Shown here: positions 52,939 to 60,434 of the stretch, one piece after another
Layout: each line of letters starts with the position of its first letter
How positions within the stretch are numbered: position 1 is the stretch's first letter
DNA from: an uncultured delta proteobacterium
GTDB taxonomy: Bacteria; Myxococcota_A; Polyangia; Polyangiales; Polyangiaceae
Direction of reading: 5' to 3'
NCBI GenBank assembly: GCA_963782055.1
Contig: CAWAIF010000003.1
Location: 5,952,001 to 6,016,000, forward strand
Length of the DNA: 64,000 bases
Notes under the pieces: generated by a model
Told to the model about the DNA's origin: nothing
The model's database searches: none
The model's input: the letters and a program-made list of their open reading frames with translations, nothing else
Program-made: the position numbers and the translations under genes

Positions 52939-53051
52939 GCCCTCCCAAGGCGACAGAAGCGTGACAGCCGCCGTCTAGCTACCCGCGAGCACACCGAAGG
53001 CTGGCGCGCTTCTTTCGCCCTCCCGGGCGTGGCACCGCACGAAGCTCCCTC
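52916..53051 (-). promoter_or_regulatory. 136-nt hairpin covering the DUF559 RBS and start codon, copy 1
   Basis: Arms GAGGGAGCTTCGTGCGGTGCCATGCCC / GGGCGTGGCACCGCACGAAGCTCCCTC plus inner stems that covary with copy 2. Confidence 0.75.
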
Positions 53052-53322
53052 GCGCGTGCCTGCGCAACATCGAGGGGAGGCCATTCGCGGGGGAGGGCCC
53101 GTTCCCACCGTTTCTACCGTCCACAGCCCGTCACCAGCGCCCCGAACATCCTCCCCGCCCGAGCGAGCGCGAGCGAGCGATGGGCCGGGGGAGGACGCGT
53201 GCGCGCAGGGCCCACGCGCAAGCTCGCGCGCGCGCCGGAGCCCGTGCACCACGTACCCATCGACCGGCGCGCGCGCGAGCGAGCATGGGCCCGAGCACAC
53301 GCGAGGAGGGGCCCCCCCTCTC

Positions 53323-53463
53323 TCACTCCTGAACGATCACCCCGGGTGCCCGGAGAACACGATCGCATCCATCAGGTGCTCCTCCTCCACCAGCGCCAGC
53401 GTCGGGTGCCCGCGATCGATCCGCACCGTCCCCCCGGCGCGCCCCACCCGCACGCCGCCGCGC
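53323..53463 (-). pseudogene. Duplicated 3' fragment of hutF
   Basis: Near-identical to 58685..58828 (TVRIDRGHPTLALVEEE.LMDAIVFSGHPG). Confidence 0.9.
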
Positions 53464-54124
53464 TCGACGCGCTCGCCGAGGGACCGGACGGCGCGCTCGC
53501 GGGCCTGGCGCCGAAGGCGCTCTGGGTCGACATGTCCACCATAGGCCGGCGGGCGGCGCGGGCGTTCGCCGCGCGGGTGCGCGAGGCGGGCGGCCGCTTC
53601 GTGGACGCGCCGGTGAGCGGGACCGTGGGGCCGTGGGGCCGGCACGGCGCGGCGAGCTCGTCGCCTTCGCCGGCGGCTCGGTGAAGGACGTGGCCCGCGC
53701 GGAGAAGGTGCTCTCCGCGTTCTGCAGGCGCGTGGTCCACGTCGGGGAGGTGGGGCAGGGGCAGGCGCTCAAGGTCGTGCTCAACGGCCTGGGCGCGCAC
53801 CACCTGGTCGCCTTCGCGAGCATGCTCGCGCTGGGCGAGCGGGCGGGCCTGGCGCGGGAGCTGGTGATCGACGCCTTCACCAGCGGGGCGTTTGCCTCGC
53901 CGAGCTACGTGGGCAAGCGCGCCAAGGTGCTCGCGCGCGACTGGTCGCCGGAGTTCACCCTCGCGCTGACGCAGAAGGACGCCGCGCTCAACCTGGAGCT
54001 GCAGAGGGAGACGGGGCTCAGGCTGCCGGTGATGGAGGAGCTCGCGCGCGCCATCGAGGCGGGGATCGAGATCGGCCTCGGCGACCTGGACCTCTTCGCC
54101 CTGGAGAAGGTCTACGAGCGGTGA
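53457..54124 (+). pseudogene. 5'-truncated duplicate of the oxidoreductase gene
   Basis: Near-identical to ~49178..49835; lacks the Rossmann N-terminus; 8-bp tandem duplication (CCGTGGGG) near 53630. Confidence 0.9.
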
Positions 54125-54218
54125 GGGGACCCGCCCGGCAGGCCGGGTCCGCCAGCTCCCGCTCGAGGTCCCACGAGCGATGGATGAGGGCCTCGATCCT
54201 CCGGTCCGTCACACGCGC

Positions 54219-55466
54219 TCAAGCCCGCCGCTCCAGCTCCTCGAGGCGTTCGACGATCGCGTCCTCGTCGCCGTCGAGAGCGACGCGCAGTCCCTGCCGG
54301 AGGGCGTCGGAGGCGCACGTGTCGATGACGTCGGCGACGCGGGCCTTCCCCTCGGCGTCGAGCACGGGCCTGAGCGCAACGGCCGCCGCGACGCGCCGGG
54401 GAGCGGGTTCGTCTGGGCTCTCCACCACACGCCACAAGGTGTCGGGAGGCGCAGCGGCGACGCGGTAGCGGGTCCGCGACGGGGTCGCGATGGCGCGGAG
54501 CTCGCGGACCCATTCGCGTACGGTTTCCTCGTGGCGGTCGAGAACATATGGCCGGTCCACCGCTTGTCGCACGCGTGCATCGAGATGTTGCCGCAAGTTG
54601 ATCCTCCCCCGGTCGGCGCCGACGCCCCAATGGTTACGCAGGTACTGCTGGTTCCGAGCCAACTCCACCAAGAACCACACAACAGCCGGAGCATCCTCGC
54701 CGAGTGCACACAGGAACGCCAGTGCCTGGTCTGGCCTACCGCGTACCACTCTCAAGATTCGCTCCCCGCACGATGCGTCTAGCGGTGTTCGCGATGCCGC
54801 TGCGGCGACCCAGGACACTGGTTTGCCCTGGAACAGCCGCCGCAAGACATCCTGCGACATCCAACCTTCGCGATAAACTCGAACACCGGACCGTTCCAGT
54901 ACAACGGCCCAATCAGCAAACGAGTGCGCCGACACATGATGCTGAACGGGAACGAACTCGCATTCTGCAAGCTGCCTCGTCCAGCGCGGCCTCCCCACTC
55001 GCGACCGCCCGATCCGGAGCGACGCCCACCGCTCGGCATGCCACACGAGTCGGGCCCCACTTCGCAGGCATACACAAGTATTGCCGTCGGCGTCGTAGCG
55101 GATTGAATCGAGAGCATCGAAGCTAACTATCGTGCGCCGGAGCCCGGTCCACGAGGAGAGGACGATCCCGGAGTTACCCATTGAAATCTCACACTTTGCA
55201 AACACGACCAGCGTCGTCCACACGACGGTGACGGCGCTGGCGAGGACGAACCACAGGCCATGAGCAGGTAGGCAGATACTCAACAGGGTAAACAGGCATG
55301 CAAGCGCCATGAAGCAACAGTTAACCCAGTGTGCCGTCGACGCGGCGCCGAGTACGCACGAAACCAGGACCGTCACAGTCGCAGATCCTCTAGGCAGCGA
55401 CTCTTCGCGGGAGGACTTTCCACGGAACGGCGGCGCGTGCAGCCACGATACTGCGAACGAACTCAT
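54219..55466 (-). CDS. Protein Z2: membrane protein, variant of Z1
   Basis: Lower-GC N-terminus with TM segments; C-terminus LWRVVE..RVAAAVAL..LDAEGKARVA..ASDALRQGLRVALDGDEDAI..LEELERRA shared with Z1. Confidence 0.72.
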   Translation of the reverse strand: MSSFAVSWLHAPPFRGKSSREESLPRGSATVTVLVSCVLGAASTAHWVNCCFMALACLFTLLSICLPAHGLWFVLASAVTVVWTTLVVFAKCEISMGNSGIVLSSWTGLRRTIVSFDALDSIRYDADGNTCVCLRSGARLVWHAERWASLRIGRSRVGRPRWTRQLAECEFVPVQHHVSAHSFADWAVVLERSGVRVYREGWMSQDVLRRLFQGKPVSWVAAAASRTPLDASCGERILRVVRGRPDQALAFLCALGEDAPAVVWFLVELARNQQYLRNHWGVGADRGRINLRQHLDARVRQAVDRPYVLDRHEETVREWVRELRAIATPSRTRYRVAAAPPDTLWRVVESPDEPAPRRVAAAVALRPVLDAEGKARVADVIDTCASDALRQGLRVALDGDEDAIVERLEELERRA

Positions 55467-55496
55467 GGAACTCCAGGGATGGAAGTTTGTGAAGTG

Positions 55497-56576
55497 TCAG
55501 GATCGCGGGCTGGTTGGACTCCCGATATCCTCGGGGTTCGGATAGTAATCCCGAGAGCGCGGGCCGCCACTTCCCGTACCTTGCGGGTTCGGAAAGTACC
55601 GGTCTGCACGACGCAGCCGGCTGTGGGGGCCGCTTACGCCGATTCCCTCGGGAGGGTCCGGCGCAGCCATCTCGGTACGCCCCCGTGGGCCCCCGACTCC
55701 CGTACCGCCCGACGGGTCCTCCGGTGCTGGCATCTCGTTCCTGCTGTGCGGACCTCCGCCACCGGATCCTCCGGACGGATCCTCTGGCGGAGGCATACGT
55801 CCAAATTTTGGCGGAGGCACATGTACAAATTCTCTGCGCTCCAGGGCGGCTATTGCCGCCCCTCTGAGGAAGCCTAGTTCGCCTCCAGCGATCAGCCCTG
55901 TCATTCCTCCAGTTACTAAGCCAACAAGCATGCCTATCGCCGTAAACACTGCGACGGTGTAAGCTTCATTAGACTTTTCCCTTTGGATGGCTTCTTTTTC
56001 TTCGTCATCCTGTTGCTCCCATCGTCCGGGCGGGAGCCCCCTGCGCGGGTCGCCCCGGTTTGGGTCATACCCGTGCCCGAGCGAGCCGAGCCACTTCATC
56101 ACCTCCCGCCGCTGCTTCTCCAGGTGCGCGTGCACGTCCGGCAGGTCGTGCGACGGGTGACGGTAGCCGCCCGTCGGGTCGAAGCCCGGCAGATCGTGCA
56201 GGTGCCCGAACATCTCTCCGAGGATAGCAGCCGGATCGCCCTTGCCCAGCGTGCCGCCGGGGTTCGACGAGATGGGGAGGTTCCCGCCGAAGTAGTGCTT
56301 CGAGATGTGGTCGATCACCTTGCCGATGTCGCTCGGGCCGGGCAGGCCCGACCCCGGCGTGTGCGTCCCGAAGTCGCCTCCACCCAGCCCGAAGGGGCCG
56401 CCGAAGTGCTTGGAGATCTGGTCGACGAGATCCCCGAGCGGATCGCTCCCCGTGCCGCCGATGACCTGACCGCTCGGGAGCCGCACGCCGGTACCCTCCT
56501 CCGGCGGCCGCCAGTTGACGCGGAGAGGGCCGGTGTACTCCGGCTCCGGCAACTCGCTCATCGTGTACCGCCTCAT
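55497..56576 (-). CDS. Protein Y2, variant of Y1
   Basis: ATG at 56576 overlaps the upstream stop; same constant N-terminus, different TM hairpin, five C-terminal repeats. Confidence 0.8.
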   Translation of the reverse strand: MRRYTMSELPEPEYTGPLRVNWRPPEEGTGVRLPSGQVIGGTGSDPLGDLVDQISKHFGGPFGLGGGDFGTHTPGSGLPGPSDIGKVIDHISKHYFGGNLPISSNPGGTLGKGDPAAILGEMFGHLHDLPGFDPTGGYRHPSHDLPDVHAHLEKQRREVMKWLGSLGHGYDPNRGDPRRGLPPGRWEQQDDEEKEAIQREKSNEAYTVAVFTAIGMLVGLVTGGMTGLIAGGELGFLRGAAIAALERREFVHVPPPKFGRMPPPEDPSGGSGGGGPHSRNEMPAPEDPSGGTGVGGPRGRTEMAAPDPPEGIGVSGPHSRLRRADRYFPNPQGTGSGGPRSRDYYPNPEDIGSPTSPRS

Positions 56577-56761
56577 CGCGTCCTCGCCGGCGCGACGCGG
56601 GCTGCGGTCCCCGCCACGCGGACGATCGCATCCCACGGATGCGTCGAGCGCAGGCGCCAGCCCACCCCCGCGCCGAGGCCGTCTCCGCCCCGGGACGACA
56701 GCTCGCGCAGGTCCAGCCAGAGCCCATGCTCCCGCAGCTCGCTCATCCCGTACGCGCTCAT
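56573..56761 (-). CDS. 62-aa mosaic mini-ORF X3 (Y-like start plus X-like pieces)
   Basis: ATGA-coupled at both ends; MSAYGMSEL resembles Y2 MRRYTMSEL; LWLDLRELSS and WRLRSTHPWDAIVRV resemble X2. Confidence 0.55.
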   Translation of the reverse strand: MSAYGMSELREHGLWLDLRELSSRGGDGLGAGVGWRLRSTHPWDAIVRVAGTAARVAPARTR

Positions 56762-57174
56762 CCCATCCTCGCCGAGGTGACGCGGTTCGCCGTCACCAGC
56801 ACGCGGAAGGTGACGTCCCAGGGCCCGCTCGAGCCCGTCGGATGCAGGCGCCAGCGCACCCACGTCGCGAGGGGAATGTTCGGGTTGGTCGCCAGGAGCA
56901 CGCGCGGGAGGCCGCCCGCGGGCGGGATCGTGTACGGCCCGGTGCCCGCCGCGATGCTGGTGACCGAGAGCATCGACTGGAACAGCGCCTCATCCTTGCT
57001 CGGGGACGTGTCGAGGTGGAAGTCGACGGTGCTCGTGACCTCGCGCACGTCCAGCCAAAGCACCAGATCCTGGAAGGAGCTGAAACCCATCCAGTCGCGC
57101 TCGCCCTGGATGATGTCGTTGGTGACGCTGGTGCCGCGAATGGTGATCCAATCCTGCAGAACGTATCCGTACAT
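56758..57174 (-). CDS. Protein X2: small beta-rich hypothetical protein
   Basis: AAGGAG RBS; LQDWITIRG..FQDL..DVREVTS..PSKDEALF..NPNIPLATWVRWRL..WDVTFRVL; paralog of X1. Confidence 0.85.
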   Translation of the reverse strand: MYGYVLQDWITIRGTSVTNDIIQGERDWMGFSSFQDLVLWLDVREVTSTVDFHLDTSPSKDEALFQSMLSVTSIAAGTGPYTIPPAGGLPRVLLATNPNIPLATWVRWRLHPTGSSGPWDVTFRVLVTANRVTSARMG

Positions 57175-57188
57175 GGCGAGCTCCTTGG

Positions 57189-57566
57189 TCAGCAGAGGGT
57201 GTTGCCGGTGGCGAGGATGCGGAAGGTGACGTCCCAGGTGGCCGCGGCCGCGTTGAGCTTCCAGCGCGTCCAGGCGCCGATGGGCACGTTGGGGTTGGCC
57301 ACGAGCAGCACGTTGCCCGCGTTGAGGCCGACGCCGAAGCCGCCGGCCGAGAGCTGGGGGGCCACCGCCTCCAGGAACAGCGCCGGGTCCTTGCTCGGCC
57401 CCGTCTCGATGCTCATCGTCGGCGAGCTCGTCATCTCCGCCACGTCGACGAGGAACGTCATGTCCTGAAAGGGGCCCGTGAAGAGCCACTGCCCCACGTC
57501 CTGGATGACGCTCGTGTTCGCGGCGCCGCGGATGGTGATCCAGTCCTGCATGATGATCGGTCGCAT
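57189..57566 (-). CDS. Protein X1: small beta-rich hypothetical protein
   Basis: AAAGGAGG RBS; MQDWITIRG..FQDM..PSKDPALF..NPNVPIGAWTRWKL..WDVTFRIL. Confidence 0.88.
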   Translation of the reverse strand: MRPIIMQDWITIRGAANTSVIQDVGQWLFTGPFQDMTFLVDVAEMTSSPTMSIETGPSKDPALFLEAVAPQLSAGGFGVGLNAGNVLLVANPNVPIGAWTRWKLNAAAATWDVTFRILATGNTLC

Positions 57567-57782
57567 CTTGCCTCCTTTGCTGACGACGCCGCGCCGGGTG
57601 CGGTCGCGGCGAAGACTTGCGGTGAGTGCGCCGCGAGCGCGCGCGACACGGCCCTGCGCAGGCGCGGGCGAAGCGCGCCATCACGCACACGCGAGCGGCG
57701 CGACGGGAGCGATCCGCCGCCGCGCTGCGAGCGTCGCGCCAGGCGACGACTAGGCGCGCGCGCGGACGGCCCGCAAGGACTG

Positions 57783-57810
57783 CTGCCTGCCTGCCTGCCT
57801 GCCTGCCTGC
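57783..57810. repeat. (CTGC)7 simple sequence repeat upstream of the X-Y-Z operon
   Basis: Seven perfect tetramer units. Confidence 0.93.
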
Positions 57811-57942
57811 GCGAGAACCATGCCCACCATCCGATTCCTGATCCCAGACCAGCATGTAGGGCGCAGCATGGCAAGGGTCAGGGAGGTAAAATCCACATCA
57901 CCACTAGTGTGCTGTGAATTAACGCGCACTTGCGTCATCGAT

Positions 57943-58335
57943 CTACCACCCAGGGTGTAGATCCCAGGCCCGCAGCGCCGCGCGCACCATCCCCACCGCC
58001 CGCTTCACGTTCCCCTCCACCACCGCCGCCTCGATCCGGAGCACCCGGAACCCCAGCGACTCGATCACCGCCTGCCGCCGCGCGTCCGCCTCCGCGTGCC
58101 CCGGTTCCTGATGCACCCCGCCGTCCACCTCCACCACCAGCCGCTCGCCCAGCGCCACGAAGTCCACGATGTACGTCGCCGCCAGCACGTGCTGCCGCCT
58201 GAACTTCACCCCGCCGCACCGCCGCGCCTTGAGCTCCTGCCACAGCGCCGCCTCCGATCGCGTCGCGTCCTCCCGCCGCATCCGCCGCGCGTGGTGGTGA
58301 AGGAAGAAGAGAGAGGGAGCTTCGTGCGGTGCCAT
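57943..58335 (-). CDS. DUF559 protein, copy 2
   Basis: Same motifs as 52561..52938; MAPHEAPSL start. Confidence 0.9.
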   Translation of the reverse strand: MAPHEAPSLFFLHHHARRMRREDATRSEAALWQELKARRCGGVKFRRQHVLAATYIVDFVALGERLVVEVDGGVHQEPGHAEADARRQAVIESLGFRVLRIEAAVVEGNVKRAVGMVRAALRAWDLHPGW

Positions 58336-58448
58336 GCCCTCCCCATGGCGGAAGAAGCATGACGGGCGCAGTGTCGCCCCTTCCGCGCACCCGGAAGCCC
58401 GGCGGGCTTCTTCCGCCCTCCGGGCGTGGCACCGCACGAAGCGCCCTC
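58313..58448 (-). promoter_or_regulatory. 136-nt hairpin covering the DUF559 RBS and start codon, copy 2
   Basis: Outer arms as in copy 1; inner stems GGCGGAAGAAGC/GCTTCTTCCGCC and CGGGC/GCCCG. Confidence 0.75.
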
Positions 58449-58684
58449 GCTCGTTCCGTCCCAGCCTCGAGGGCGAGGGCCATCGCGGGGGAGGGCCCGT
58501 CCCCTCCGCGGTCACCGGCAGAAAGTGCTCGGCTCGGGCTCGGGAGGCGTGCGCACGCCGTCCACAGCCCGTCACCAGCGCCCAGGACATCCTCCCCGCC
58601 CGAGCGAGCGACAGCGAGCGATGGGCCGGGGGAGGAGTCGCGCGCGTCAGCGCGCGGCAGGAGGGGCCCCCCCCTTGCCCTTCC

Positions 58685-59827
58685 TCACTCCTGAACGATC
58701 ACCCCCGGGTGCCCGGAGAACACGATCGCATCCATCAGGAGCTCCTCCTCCACCAGCGCCAGCGTGGGGTGCCCGCGATCGATCCGCACCGTCCCCCCGG
58801 CGTCGTCCCACCCGCACGCCGCCGCGCCCTCCAGCGATCCCTCCCGCCAGAGCTGCTCCGCCGGCGTGCCCTCCGCCGGCGAGAACGTCACCCGCGCGCG
58901 GGTGCGCAGCCGCTCGTGCGTCTCGAGGGCGCGCAGGTCGTCGATGGGATCGGTGACGACGTGGCTGTCGATGCCGGTGCACAGCCGCGCCCCCGTCGCG
59001 CGCAGCGCGCTCACGTCGGCGAGGCCGTCCCCCAGATCCCGCTCCGTCGTGGGACAGAGGCACGCGAAGGCGCGCGCCTCGCCGAGCAGGCGCGCCTCGT
59101 GTGGCTGCAGGTTGGTGCAGTGCACCCCGCAGAAGCGATCGGAGAGCACGCCCAGGTCGGCGAGCAGCTCCACCGGGCGCTTGCCGGTCTCCGCCACGCA
59201 CTCGTCCACCTCCCGCTGCTGCTCGGCGACGTGCATGTGGAAGGGCATCGCGTGCGCGCGCGCGTACTCGGCCAGCGGCGCCAGCCAGGCGGGCGGCACC
59301 GCGCGCACCGAGTGCGGCGCCACGCCGACGCGCACCATCGGGTCATCCTTGTATTTTACACGCAACGTCTCCACGTCGCGCAGCACCGCGTCGACGTCGG
59401 GATCGCAGAAGCGGCGCTGCCCGGGCTCCGGCGGCCGCCCCGGCCCCGCGCGGTGGTACGCCACGCGCAGCAGCGTCACGCGCAGGCCCTCCGCCTTCGC
59501 CGCCTCGACGACCCGGTCGGCCAGGATGGTGCGGTCGTGGTAGGGCGTGCCGTCCGGCTGGTGCTGCACGTAGTGGAACTCCCCCACCGTACGCACCCCG
59601 GCGCGCGCGAGCTCGCGGAAGGCCACCCGGCTGATGGACGCGATGGACTCCGGCGTGAGCGAGCTCGCGAGGCGATACATCTGCCCGCGCCACGTCCAGA
59701 AGTCGTCGCGCGGGTCGGGCCCGCGGCGCTGCGCGGCGCCGCGCATGCCGCGCTGGAAGGCGTGCGAGTGCGCGGTCGCGAGCGCCGGCAGCGAGAGCGA
59801 GGCGCCGTCGCGCGCGAGCAGGCTCAC
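58685..59827 (-). CDS. hutF: Formimidoylglutamate deiminase (amidohydrolase)
   Basis: AHSHAFQRGMRG, DDFWTWRGQMY, VGEFHYVQH, APHSVRAV, HMHVAEQ, CPTTERDLGDG. Confidence 0.93.
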   Translation of the reverse strand: MSLLARDGASLSLPALATAHSHAFQRGMRGAAQRRGPDPRDDFWTWRGQMYRLASSLTPESIASISRVAFRELARAGVRTVGEFHYVQHQPDGTPYHDRTILADRVVEAAKAEGLRVTLLRVAYHRAGPGRPPEPGQRRFCDPDVDAVLRDVETLRVKYKDDPMVRVGVAPHSVRAVPPAWLAPLAEYARAHAMPFHMHVAEQQREVDECVAETGKRPVELLADLGVLSDRFCGVHCTNLQPHEARLLGEARAFACLCPTTERDLGDGLADVSALRATGARLCTGIDSHVVTDPIDDLRALETHERLRTRARVTFSPAEGTPAEQLWREGSLEGAAACGWDDAGGTVRIDRGHPTLALVEEELLMDAIVFSGHPGVIVQE

Positions 59828-60366
59828 TGGCGCATCTGGGAGGCGGCCGCCTTGGTCACGTAGAAGTAGCGCGGCCAGTGGCGGTAGTACGTGACGCGCA
59901 TGATGGGGCCGCCGTCGGTCGGGTCCACGTCCTCGCCGAAGACGCCGACCAGCCGGAGCAGCGAGCCGCCGCCCACCGAGTGCTCGCCCACGTCGTCCTC
60001 GCCGTGCAGGGCGACGTTGGCGTGGACCACGCCGAAGTCGGCGTCGCTCACCGTGACGCGGCAGGTGTCCTCGTCGGAGTGGCTCTCGCAGAGGTTGCGA
60101 GGCTCGAGGCGCCGGACGCTGAGGGTGAGGTACGCGCCGCCGCCGGGGCCGGAGCCGCGGTTGGTCACCACGCCGAAGAGGGCGACCGGCTTGCCGCGCC
60201 ACTGGTCCGGCTGCCGCTGGAACATGACCGGGTCGTACTCCTTGGCGCCCTGCACCGCCTTCGCCTCGTCCGGGAGGGGGGCGTAGTTCACCGAGTGGCC
60301 GTACTTCCCGCCCCCGCCGCAGGCCACGAGCCCCACGAGCGCACACGCCATGAGCCAGGATCGCAT
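59824..60366 (-). CDS. Hypothetical lipoprotein
   Basis: MRSWLMACALVGLVAC lipobox; stop overlaps the hutF start. Confidence 0.75.
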   Translation of the reverse strand: MRSWLMACALVGLVACGGGGKYGHSVNYAPLPDEAKAVQGAKEYDPVMFQRQPDQWRGKPVALFGVVTNRGSGPGGGAYLTLSVRRLEPRNLCESHSDEDTCRVTVSDADFGVVHANVALHGEDDVGEHSVGGGSLLRLVGVFGEDVDPTDGGPIMRVTYYRHWPRYFYVTKAAASQMRQ

Positions 60367-60434
60367 GGCGCGGACCTTGCCAAAAAAGGGCATCGCCCGC
60401 AATCGCGAAGGGAGCGGCCTCCCCGACCTCAGGC

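Noticed and set aside
49178..58828. CRISPR array or prophage explaining the repeats
   Set aside because: Repeats are long two-copy gene segments, not regular repeat-spacer units; no cas, terminase, capsid or tail genes recognised.
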